Source: Candidatus Hydrothermarchaeota archaeon (GTDB lineage Archaea; CAYFZR01). Taken from it: 64,000 bases of DNA. The notes beneath the pieces are model-generated. The model ran no database searches and was not told the DNA's origin. It worked only from the letters and a program-made list of their open reading frames with translations. The stretch is from positions 163-64,162 of the forward strand of contig JBHIEG010000010.1 of the NCBI GenBank assembly GCA_046760505.1. The letters run 5' to 3'. Positions 28,536-37,500 of this stretch are shown here, piece by piece (position 1 is the stretch's first letter; every line of letters begins with the position of its first letter). A program made the position numbers and the translations under genes.

Positions 28536-29885
28536 TTGAGAAATCTAACCCTTGTATTCTTATTTCTTATAATAGGTCTTTCATTCTCGGTATCTGTTGA
28601 TATCAAGTTCTTCTACATTCCAGGATTGGATGTCAATGAAGAGATAAATGCAACCCTAGACAAAGTTTCCAAACAATATGAAGGTCTTATAGATATTGAA
28701 CGCATTCCTTTTATGATAAAGACGTTTGGAGGTTTTTATGATAAAAATCCAAAGGCAATCGCCTACGACATTCATAAAACCCCGGCAGTAGTGATTAATG
28801 ATCAATTAATTTTTGAAGGATACAGAGTAGATCATGAAGAACTGATAGTAGACGCCATAGAAAATCTGCTAAAGGATTTTCGTACAGAAATAGAAAAGTC
28901 CTTAGATGAAGTTTATGACAGATTAGAAAAGGTTGAAAAAAAAATAGAAGAAAGTGACGTGGAATATAAAACAGAATTACAAAGGAAGTTACTCAAGGCG
29001 AAATTAAATTATATATCGGCAAAGGAAGCCTACAAAAGAAAGGATTATCTGAAGGCAAAGCAAGACCTTGAAATAGCAGATATGTGGCTAGGCGAGGTAA
29101 ATTCTTCGATAGTAACGAGAAAAATCGTAACTGTTGAGAAAATAGATGAGCTAAAAGTAGATGCTGAAAAAGAATTGGAAAATGCAGAAAAAAAATTAAA
29201 AAACACCAATAAGACCCTTTTTTTAATGCAAAAAAGGGGATACGATATATTTCTGGCTCTACAGATCTTAAAAAACGCTAGAAACAATCTAAATTCCGCT
29301 AAATCATTCTATGTGAGCCAAGACTACGAAAAATCAATTAGTTCTTCCATACAGGCCCAGATATTATGTGACAGTGCGATTCAATCTGTAAAGCTGAAAG
29401 TTGTGCCTCCTTCTCAGCCCAAAATACCTGCTTGGGTCTATCCAATTCCATTGTTTCTTATCCTCCTCGGAGCACTTCTCTATCAACTCAGATCAAAAAG
29501 GACGGCCGCAAAATATAAAAAAGAAAAGGAAGTCCCCCCGGAGAACGCGGTTCCCCGGGTTATGGTCATAGAGAGACCAGAACCGAGCTCTGTAGAGTCA
29601 GATGTAGAGTCAGAGATAGAAGAAGTCTCCGAAGAGCCGACTCAGTTAGAGCCCGAGCCTAAGCCTGAGATAATTGAAGAGGCTGAACTAGAAAAAATTG
29701 ATGCTGAAAAAATTGAAGAAATCGCAACGAAATGGATGAATGAAAGGGGAATGATCGATGGAAGACTCATTGCATGGGGATCCAAAGTTGACGAGTTTTG
29801 GTTTGTTGTTGCACATCAAGGAAAGATCCACAGAGTGACCATTGACAAACATGGGAAGGTAGTGGATTGGGACTTGAAAAGTTAG
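28536..29885 (+). CDS. Membrane protein: Cys-less thioredoxin-like domain, helical repeats, TM helix, acidic linker, PepSY-like C-domain
   Basis: Signal peptide; IKFFYIPG...TPAVVIN; TM WVYPIPLFLILLGALLY; C-terminal VTIDKHGKVV. Confidence 0.55.
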   Translation: MRNLTLVFLFLIIGLSFSVSVDIKFFYIPGLDVNEEINATLDKVSKQYEGLIDIERIPFMIKTFGGFYDKNPKAIAYDIHKTPAVVINDQLIFEGYRVDHEELIVDAIENLLKDFRTEIEKSLDEVYDRLEKVEKKIEESDVEYKTELQRKLLKAKLNYISAKEAYKRKDYLKAKQDLEIADMWLGEVNSSIVTRKIVTVEKIDELKVDAEKELENAEKKLKNTNKTLFLMQKRGYDIFLALQILKNARNNLNSAKSFYVSQDYEKSISSSIQAQILCDSAIQSVKLKVVPPSQPKIPAWVYPIPLFLILLGALLYQLRSKRTAAKYKKEKEVPPENAVPRVMVIERPEPSSVESDVESEIEEVSEEPTQLEPEPKPEIIEEAELEKIDAEKIEEIATKWMNERGMIDGRLIAWGSKVDEFWFVVAHQGKIHRVTIDKHGKVVDWDLKS

Positions 29886-29917
29886 CTCCCTAATTAAAAA
29901 AATTAAAAAATAAGAGA

Positions 29918-30961
29918 TCAAAACCTCCTTATCAGCAATATCATGAGTAACAATACTATTATGCCACCCAATTGTATTAGGATTAAAGACACACCTCTTT
30001 GATATCCTGTACTCTTTGCCTTTTCCAATTTTTCGTTAGCATTCTCCATAAGAATAACGGCATTATCCATGTTCTTTTTTGCACTCAAATACTCTTTTTG
30101 CTCTATATCTTTTTCTGCTTTATTTAGATACGCCATCGCAGCATCGATGGTCTTACTAGCCTCTTTTATGTCCACGAGAAACGATTCTGAGTTTACGATC
30201 TCATTTTTTTTGTTCTCAACATTGATTTTAAGTGAAGAAAGCCTTCCTTTGAGAGTCCCATCAATTTTTGCTTGTGTAGTATATTTTATTCTTGCTATTT
30301 CGTCTTCTATTTTCATTAACTGTTCATAGTTTGCTGTATAAAGTTTTTCTTTAAATTCCATTACCTTAGAGGCCTCTTCTTTTGTATCTATATTTAAACC
30401 TGATGCAAAGTTCAGTAAATCATCCAAAGAATTTAGATCTTCATTGATATCAGCTCTTATTTCCTCTAATCCTATAGCAGGAGGGGTCGGAATGGTAGGC
30501 TGAGTAGGTAAAGTAGCTTCTTTCTTAGGCAATTTAAATTGTATATAAGAGTCTGATTTTACTATTACCCATTTTCCAGATCCTTTTACCCTAACAGAAA
30601 TTTTAAGCGTATTGTTCTCCTTCATATCCTTAAGAGGAAAAACTATTTCATCCTCTATCCAAGATGATCCTATGGCTAGGTCGTTCAGATAGACTTTTAT
30701 GTTTGATAGAGGTCTCGCCATGGAGATTGTAAGTATATGCAGTTCTCCCTCCTTCTCTAAACCTGGAAAATTGACAATTAATCTAACGGTTCTTTCTTTT
30801 TCATCATCTGGTACCTTTACCCTTCTTGTTGAATACCCCAGATCTTTGAAGGTTAACTTCGTCTCATTTGTTTGGTTAACTGCTAAAGACATGGAAACAT
30901 TAATCAGGAGCAGAATGCATATCAAAGGAATGTATATCAAAGTTAACATATATCTACTCAA
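29918..30961 (-). CDS. Secreted/membrane-anchored hypothetical protein
   Basis: Signal peptide, beta-rich domain, PT linker, helical bundle, C-terminal TM followed by RR. Confidence 0.6.
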   Translation of the reverse strand: MSRYMLTLIYIPLICILLLINVSMSLAVNQTNETKLTFKDLGYSTRRVKVPDDEKERTVRLIVNFPGLEKEGELHILTISMARPLSNIKVYLNDLAIGSSWIEDEIVFPLKDMKENNTLKISVRVKGSGKWVIVKSDSYIQFKLPKKEATLPTQPTIPTPPAIGLEEIRADINEDLNSLDDLLNFASGLNIDTKEEASKVMEFKEKLYTANYEQLMKIEDEIARIKYTTQAKIDGTLKGRLSSLKINVENKKNEIVNSESFLVDIKEASKTIDAAMAYLNKAEKDIEQKEYLSAKKNMDNAVILMENANEKLEKAKSTGYQRGVSLILIQLGGIIVLLLMILLIRRF

Positions 30962-31024
30962 ATTGCTCCACCAAACCCCTTTTTTAACTTCATCAACAAA
31001 AATGTATCGGTCGGAGGTGGGATA

Positions 31025-31546
31025 TTGGAGTTATATGAGGCTATTAACAAAAGAAGAAGTGTCAGAGATTTTCTTGATAAAGACGTTGAAGATGAAAAAA
31101 TCTTTCGAATACTTGAAGCTGCAATAAAGGCACCTTCAGCAGGAAATCTCCAGCCATGGGAATTTGTTCTGGTAAGAGATGAAAAAAATAAGAGAGAACT
31201 TGCCAAAGCAGCTCTTAACCAGAATTTTATATACGAGGCGCCCGTAGTCATAGTTGTCTGCGCTGATAAAGAGAGATCAGGTAGCAGATATGGATCTAGA
31301 GGAAGAGAATTGTACTGCATTCAAGATACTGCTGCTGCAACCATGACGTTAATGCTCGCGGCCGTAGCAGAAGGATTGGGAACTTGCTGGGTAGGCGCTT
31401 TTCATGAAGAAGAAGTGAGAAAAGTTATAAATGCGCCTAAAAATGTAAGACCTCTGGCAATAGTTCCAGTGGGCTACCCTTCAAGAGACGGATATAGAAC
31501 TGGCAGATACGATCTGGAGAGCGTTCTACACAAGGAGAGTTTCTAA
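31025..31546 (+). CDS. Nitroreductase family protein
   Basis: RRSVR, APSAGNLQPW, GLGTCWVG. Confidence 0.92.
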   Translation: MELYEAINKRRSVRDFLDKDVEDEKIFRILEAAIKAPSAGNLQPWEFVLVRDEKNKRELAKAALNQNFIYEAPVVIVVCADKERSGSRYGSRGRELYCIQDTAAATMTLMLAAVAEGLGTCWVGAFHEEEVRKVINAPKNVRPLAIVPVGYPSRDGYRTGRYDLESVLHKESF

Positions 31547-31576
31547 ACATCATTCATTCACTCTCCAATATTTTTC

Positions 31577-31981
31577 TTATTTCCTTGCTTTCTCTGACTT
31601 TTCTTTTGTTCTAGCATCGAATTTAGCCTTGTCTATAATGAAACGAGTATGTTTGGCATCGCTTATCTTCTCTACCTCATCAAAAACCTCTACTGAGAAT
31701 TCAAGTCTCCTTCTGTCCACCTCTTCTAGCCTTACCTTCGCGGTTACCTTCATGCCCAAAGGGGTAGCGGCTATGTGGCTCGCGTTTATACGAGTTCCCA
31801 CGGTGGTCTGATTCTCTTCTAGATAAGGCTGTACCAAGTCGTATGCAGTATGCTCGATTAAAGCAACCATCGCTGCAGTAGCGAAAACATCCGGTGTGCC
31901 CTTTACATATCTTGAGGCAGCCATATCAGGGGTCACCTCAATGGTCATCTCATGCGTCAATCCGGGTTTTAGTTCAGTCAT
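31577..31981 (-). CDS. FlK-like hotdog thioesterase
   Basis: VFATAAMVALIE, TVGT.I...H.AATP.G, H.RFII. Confidence 0.88.
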   Translation of the reverse strand: MTELKPGLTHEMTIEVTPDMAASRYVKGTPDVFATAAMVALIEHTAYDLVQPYLEENQTTVGTRINASHIAATPLGMKVTAKVRLEEVDRRRLEFSVEVFDEVEKISDAKHTRFIIDKAKFDARTKEKSEKARK

Positions 31982-32154
31982 TTCTATCACTCCTTGTATT
32001 TCTTTCACTTATAACTCTCAATCTTATAAACATTTCCAGATAACAATCTTATAGATTGATTATAGGTTAGATAGTCTCTCTATCCACAGTCCTCTCTTGG
32101 ATCTTAAGGCTGGAAGTCCCAATGGGATAGTAAGACAGATAACCTATATATTTT

Positions 32155-32574
32155 TTAAACGACTCTTTCTATATTCTCAACTTCATCGAATCCTCTGTCA
32201 AAGGAGTAAATCTCTTTTACCCCCTCCATTCTCATCGCTTGTACAGCAAGAGTATCATTGGGATCAAGTCTTAGATCTTCCATGAGTTCTACTGCACCGA
32301 GATAATCTTCCTTGGTGACGTCAAGGATTTTTACATTATCCAAGGAATATAGGGTAATCAGTACGGTGAAAAGATCTTCCAGCGACATTGACCTTTTCAG
32401 TATGTTGGAGATTTCAGACAGATGGACTACCGTGGTTACTACTTCTTCTTTCCCCTGATTCACTCTTCTTATTATGTCCTTTGCTTTTTCTTTCATCTCT
32501 TTTTGATATGAATCTAACGATCCAATTGGTTTATAAAACGCGTAGATGAAGATGTTTGCGTCTAGGAACCTCAA
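32155..32574 (-). CDS. vapC: VapC PIN-domain toxin
   Basis: FLDANIFIY, EI, D.NDTLA, IYSFDRGFD; TTG start after GAGGTG. Confidence 0.88.
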   Translation of the reverse strand: MRFLDANIFIYAFYKPIGSLDSYQKEMKEKAKDIIRRVNQGKEEVVTTVVHLSEISNILKRSMSLEDLFTVLITLYSLDNVKILDVTKEDYLGAVELMEDLRLDPNDTLAVQAMRMEGVKEIYSFDRGFDEVENIERVV

Positions 32575-32576
32575 GT

Positions 32577-32822
32577 TTACACCTCGTAAAATTTCCTTTC
32601 GAACTCTTTCCAATCACCTATATTAATCCCAAGATTGACTTTGTCAAAAAACTTGGTTAAATCAGATCTTTTTTTCGGTATAATTTTGAGATATCCCCTT
32701 CTCTTTACCACAAATACCTCTTCCCCTTCTAATTCGTTTTTTCTCCAATCTGATGGCAAGACAAATCTACCTTGGTCATCCACTTTTCTTATTTCAACAC
32801 CTTCTTTCAAATTATTCACCAT
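32577..32822 (-). CDS. vapB: AbrB/MazE-type antitoxin
   Basis: RKVDDQGRFVLP; immediately upstream of vapC. Confidence 0.8.
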   Translation of the reverse strand: MVNNLKEGVEIRKVDDQGRFVLPSDWRKNELEGEEVFVVKRRGYLKIIPKKRSDLTKFFDKVNLGINIGDWKEFERKFYEV

Positions 32823-32904
32823 AATTATAATAATTATACCATTATTTATTATTTGTGGAATAATTCAAATAAAGGTGGCATCTTAATCTTTCTCATCGTT
32901 TGCA

Positions 32905-34260
32905 TCAAAAATCGTATTTTTTTCCTTCCTCAGGCAAAATTACCTCTACATCCAAATCAGAGATGAATTTCTTGAATAATTCAGGTCTTTCTGTATGAAT
33001 GGGGAAAACTTTCCTTGGAGATATCTCTCTTATCATGTACTTTATTTCATGAGGAGAAGCGTGCCCAGAGGCGTGCGTTTGATATAGAGGTATCCCCAAG
33101 AACTCAAGCCAGTTGAGAAGTTTTTCGTAGCTTATCTCCATCTCTTCATCAAAGGGCTCGCTCGATGAAAGTATGTAGTTGCTTCCAGCCTCAGGCCTTA
33201 TATCGATCATCTCATTCATATCGTAGAGAGTGCATACCAAAACCAGTTCTTCCTGAATTTTGTTTATTTCCTTAGAATCTATTATATTTTCTGGATAGGT
33301 TTCTCTGATTCTCTTTTCATATTCTCTGAGGCTCTTCTTTTCTCTAGCGAAGATTAAGATGTTGGGATCGTTAAGCTTTGGAAGTTCGAGTTTTGGATCC
33401 TTTCTTAACATGTGCAGCATGTAGGCCTGCTTCATTGATACTCCGAGTTTTCTATCGTTATTCTTCGCTGCTTCATAAAATGTTCTGAGCCTGTCAAAAT
33501 CTGTCTGGGAAAAACCTGCTAGAACCAATTTTTCTGTAAGAGATATTATTCTCTCGACTTTGTTGAAAACTTCTTCCTCGCTTTCTATCTTGCAAGCCCC
33601 TATGTGTGTGCCCTCTATTAAAAGCACCTCTGGCTCAAAAGATTTTGCTTTTTCTAAAAAATCTAGGGTCATATTCATCATGGGTCCATGCATCCTGAGA
33701 TCTCCGCTGTAAACAATATTTCCTTCATTTGTTTCTAAAATAAAGCCATACGAAGCCGGTACGGAGTGATCTACGTGCACTGGAGTAACCTTAAAATTAG
33801 ATATTTCTACAGTGTCTCCTGTTCTAAAAGTCCTGAAGTCCTTACATACTATTTCTTCCCTTGAGGTTAGTTTGCATATGTTGTACCCTTCTCCAATGGA
33901 TTGAGAAGAAAATTCTCTCGCCACGATTATATTTTTTGTTGCTTCTCCGCAGTAAACAGGATAATCATCTTTTAAAAACCGAATACAGTCATAGTGATCT
34001 GTATGAGGATGAGTTATGATTACTCCATCCAAATGATATTTTTTCTCATCTTTTTCATAGAGTCCATCTATATTTGGAAGAATTTTTAAAGCAAGAAGAT
34101 GTTTTTCTTCTCTAGCCTTTATAAAAGGCTCTTCAAAAAATCTTTTTTCTCTGGAAAAGTTCTTGCCAAAATCCAAGAATATTCTCGTCTTTTTACCTTC
34201 TAAGAGAAACTTATTGCCGCCTATTTCGTTTACTCCGCCGTAGAATGTAAGGGTGACCAT
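32905..34260 (-). CDS. MBL-fold beta-CASP (RNase J-like) hydrolase
   Basis: GGVNEIGGN, THPHTDH, VDHS, YSGDLR.HG, HASGH, PIHTE. Confidence 0.85.
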   Translation of the reverse strand: MVTLTFYGGVNEIGGNKFLLEGKKTRIFLDFGKNFSREKRFFEEPFIKAREEKHLLALKILPNIDGLYEKDEKKYHLDGVIITHPHTDHYDCIRFLKDDYPVYCGEATKNIIVAREFSSQSIGEGYNICKLTSREEIVCKDFRTFRTGDTVEISNFKVTPVHVDHSVPASYGFILETNEGNIVYSGDLRMHGPMMNMTLDFLEKAKSFEPEVLLIEGTHIGACKIESEEEVFNKVERIISLTEKLVLAGFSQTDFDRLRTFYEAAKNNDRKLGVSMKQAYMLHMLRKDPKLELPKLNDPNILIFAREKKSLREYEKRIRETYPENIIDSKEINKIQEELVLVCTLYDMNEMIDIRPEAGSNYILSSSEPFDEEMEISYEKLLNWLEFLGIPLYQTHASGHASPHEIKYMIREISPRKVFPIHTERPELFKKFISDLDVEVILPEEGKKYDF

Positions 34261-34377
34261 GTTTCTAAGGTGGAGATTATTGGATAAAATGGTTTTGATA
34301 AAATACTTCTGTACTCTCTAATCACTCATTTAACCACCCATCTGATTTGTCAAAATGAAAATTTTAACCAAAGCGAG

Positions 34378-36339
34378 TTATTCCACCCTTCTGGCAGTAA
34401 AGATGCCTTTGGTATGAATGCCAAAATACATTCTCCATGTATCGTTAATTTTTATAACTGTAACATCGCTGGGCGCATGATAGCCTCGGGCTCTTAAGAC
34501 TATTTTTGGCGAAGTTAAGGCACTGCCATTTTTGTCTAACGTTAAGACATATACTCCTGCATAAGAGTTGCAGTAAAGTTTGATGGTGTCTCCATCTAGA
34601 ACTAATTCCGGACCATCAATCTGATCGCGCATTTCTTCATTTCTGCTGTCAACAACTATTGATTTTGGAATCCAGTTTAAGCCATCAGATGATGTAGCGC
34701 TTATTAAGTAATCAATAGGCGCGGGTTTACCTGTTTTGGGATCGACCTTGCCAAATCTATTTTGTCCAGCCGAGCCGCGATATACCATGAGAAATGTGCC
34801 ATCCGGTAGTTCGATTACTGTTGGTGAGGCAACATGTTTTGTATCGTATTCTCCTTGCTGTCCTATTTTAATGCGAAAACCATCTTCTCGAACCCAATTT
34901 AAGCCATCTTCAGATATGGCACTCATAATGCCAATTTCGGGATGTTTATGTGAAGAACCGCCTGTGAAACCCTGAAAGTACATTCTCCACTTGGCTATTT
35001 TTCCGGAGGGCAATTTTGGCGCCTTTTTTGGATCAGATAATTTTATGACAGAAGGGAAAGTAGCCCACTTCATGCGAATTCCTTCTTCTTTGGTCCAAGT
35101 TATCCCATCAGAAGAGACAGCAGAATAAACCTGACCTTCAAATCCAGGCACCTCGGGCTCCAAGGAATAATATATTCTCAATCTCCCGTCGTCAAGCCTT
35201 ACCACGTCAGCATCCGCGTATTTTCCAGGGATTACCACTTTTTCTTCTTCCCATCTCTCCTTAATTTCTGACTCTTCTCTCTGCGGCTTATAAGTCGTTT
35301 TTAATATCGGCTCCTTCATGCCAGGTCGCTCGATTTGTGGAGGTTGCACTCCAAGTCTTGGTTTTTTACCGTAGAAAAAGGTGAAGCCCCAGACCTCTTG
35401 TTTTAAATTTTCTTCGAGCCAGTTTATCAATTCTCTCTCTTCTTCAGAATTAAGGCTGATAAAAGTTAAAGGGACTTTATATTCTTTTCCTTCTTTGGAC
35501 CACCCTCCAACTCTAAGAATTACTTTTTTAACGCCATGCTTTGAGGCCATTTCTTTGGTTTTTTCAACCGAATAGACATAGCATTCTTTGAGCCCTTCTA
35601 TCTTACCATCTTCTACCTTATCAAAGACTACTTGATCTTTAGAAAGATAAACACTAATTGCGACATAATCATATCCTGTGACGTTATAATCAAATGGCAA
35701 ACAATTCTCAGGTCTCTTACCTCTACAGGGATCTATACCGATGCCAAGTTTTCCGCTGTAAACTCTTCTAACTTCTTCCCTAAGGTCTTGTATAAAATCT
35801 GAAATATTTTTATCATTTCTTTTGAGCGGCAAATTGTTTACTTCAGTTACAACGGTAAACATGGGCACGTGCTCGCTCTCGGCAAGAGATGCATAATCCA
35901 AAATGTAATAGAGGGACTCTTCAAGCAAAACATCATAGTCTAATTCTTCCGTTTCTCGCATAGTTGGTATATCCACCATCAACTCCAGATAAAGATCATT
36001 TTCTTTCGCTTCCTTTATGATTTTTTTAGCATCTCTTATTTGGCCTTCTTTTATTTTTTCAGGTGAAGCCGGAAGCGCGCTTGCAGGAAGAGTAAATGGC
36101 GCGCCCAAAACTAATGAAACAGCATTTGCGCCCTGTTTTTTTATCTCTGCTACATCAACATTTTCAAGAGAAGAAGAAAATGCGCTTATGTTCAGAAAGG
36201 ATGGCTCGCTGACAAAAAGCTCAGGAGATTTCGTTTCTTCGACTTGTAGCTCCTCTTGCTGTGTCTGTTTCATACATCCACTTAGGAAAGCAAGGCTGAT
36301 TAACAGGATTGCTAAAGGCGAGATGCAATTGAACTTCAT
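34378..36339 (-). CDS. Lipoprotein with glycoside-hydrolase-like TIM barrel and Asp-box beta-propeller
   Basis: Lipobox FLSGC; SSDGITW, SEDGLNW, SSDGLNW repeats; N-domain loosely GH113-like. Confidence 0.55.
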   Translation of the reverse strand: MKFNCISPLAILLISLAFLSGCMKQTQQEELQVEETKSPELFVSEPSFLNISAFSSSLENVDVAEIKKQGANAVSLVLGAPFTLPASALPASPEKIKEGQIRDAKKIIKEAKENDLYLELMVDIPTMRETEELDYDVLLEESLYYILDYASLAESEHVPMFTVVTEVNNLPLKRNDKNISDFIQDLREEVRRVYSGKLGIGIDPCRGKRPENCLPFDYNVTGYDYVAISVYLSKDQVVFDKVEDGKIEGLKECYVYSVEKTKEMASKHGVKKVILRVGGWSKEGKEYKVPLTFISLNSEEERELINWLEENLKQEVWGFTFFYGKKPRLGVQPPQIERPGMKEPILKTTYKPQREESEIKERWEEEKVVIPGKYADADVVRLDDGRLRIYYSLEPEVPGFEGQVYSAVSSDGITWTKEEGIRMKWATFPSVIKLSDPKKAPKLPSGKIAKWRMYFQGFTGGSSHKHPEIGIMSAISEDGLNWVREDGFRIKIGQQGEYDTKHVASPTVIELPDGTFLMVYRGSAGQNRFGKVDPKTGKPAPIDYLISATSSDGLNWIPKSIVVDSRNEEMRDQIDGPELVLDGDTIKLYCNSYAGVYVLTLDKNGSALTSPKIVLRARGYHAPSDVTVIKINDTWRMYFGIHTKGIFTARRVE

Positions 36340-36452
36340 AGTTAGAAAAATAACGCCTTATATTTAAAAAACTTTTCTTACTAAGTTTTTCTTTTTTTAT
36401 TGGGTTCTTGCTTTTTTATCTGGGTTGAGGCACTCCGAGTAAGTCTCAATTA

Positions 36453-37163
36453 CTACCTCAATCTTAGATCGGTCTTTACGAATTTATTCGCCTCTTTTGC
36501 GAGAAAACTCAGAGTTTTTTCATTATAAGGTTTAATTGACCTGAAATCAGGATTAAAGGCATTTTTTGGGTTATATTGCTGTAATACGTAACGCTTGCAA
36601 TCTTTGATAAATTCGGCTATGTTTAAGATGTCCTTCTTTGAGGTGAGGGTTGGCACGACAGTAGTTCTGAATTCATAATCGATATCAGAATTCTTTAACA
36701 GTTTAATGCTTTCTTTTATATTTTCTAAGTTATCAGGTTTTCCAGTAACTTTAGAATACTTTTTAGGACTCAGACTGGTCTTTATATCCATCGCTACGTA
36801 GTCTATCAATTTTTCATCCAATAACTTCTTCAGTAGTCTTGGATTCGTTCCATTCGTATCTAACTTCACTAAAAAGCCCGCTTCCTTGATTTTTCTTATG
36901 AAACTTATCAATGCTTCTCCTTGTAGGGTTGGTTCGCCTCCTGAGATTACCAATCCGTCTATCCAGTCCTTATTTCTTTTAAGAGTCTCAAGGATTGTGT
37001 CTTCGCCAATACTCTCCAGTCCATCTTCACTGAACAAATCATGATTGTGGCAGAAAACACATCTGAAATTGCATCTCGAAAGAAATACAACCGAGGATAT
37101 TTTTCCATCCCAATCTACTAGGGAGGTTTCTATAAAACCAGCTATTTTTAACCCATTTTCCAT
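36453..37163 (-). CDS. nrdG: Anaerobic ribonucleotide reductase activating enzyme
   Basis: CNFRCVFCHN, SGGEPT, KLDTNG, YEFRTT; in an operon with nrdD. Confidence 0.92.
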   Translation of the reverse strand: MENGLKIAGFIETSLVDWDGKISSVVFLSRCNFRCVFCHNHDLFSEDGLESIGEDTILETLKRNKDWIDGLVISGGEPTLQGEALISFIRKIKEAGFLVKLDTNGTNPRLLKKLLDEKLIDYVAMDIKTSLSPKKYSKVTGKPDNLENIKESIKLLKNSDIDYEFRTTVVPTLTSKKDILNIAEFIKDCKRYVLQQYNPKNAFNPDFRSIKPYNEKTLSFLAKEANKFVKTDLRLR

Positions 37164-37218
37164 CGTTGAAACCTTCCTTTCTCCATAATATTTTATTTAT
37201 CTTATTTATCCATGTATT

Positions 37219-37497
37219 TTATACATTTCTCACCTTGTGTTTTTTAATTTCGCCAATTATCTCTGATTTTTCTGGAATTACATTGCGCCATGAACTTAAT
37301 TCAATCTCATTGGAATCTACCAGTATCAGAGTTGGCGTGATCTCTACATCATAGAAGGCAGCCTCTGCCATTCCATCTGCTTCCCTCAAGTCCAAGTATT
37401 CTATCTCAATTTCCTCTTGTTTTTTGATCTCCTCTGCAATTTCTTTCACAAAATAACAATTTTTACATCCCTCTTGAGTAAATAGAAGCATTTTCAT
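37219..37497 (-). CDS. Thioredoxin-like (NrdH-type) redoxin
   Basis: FTQEGCKNC, DGMAEAAFYDV..TPT; between nrdD and nrdG. Confidence 0.8.
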   Translation of the reverse strand: MKMLLFTQEGCKNCYFVKEIAEEIKKQEEIEIEYLDLREADGMAEAAFYDVEITPTLILVDSNEIELSSWRNVIPEKSEIIGEIKKHKVRNV

Positions 37498-37500
37498 TCT

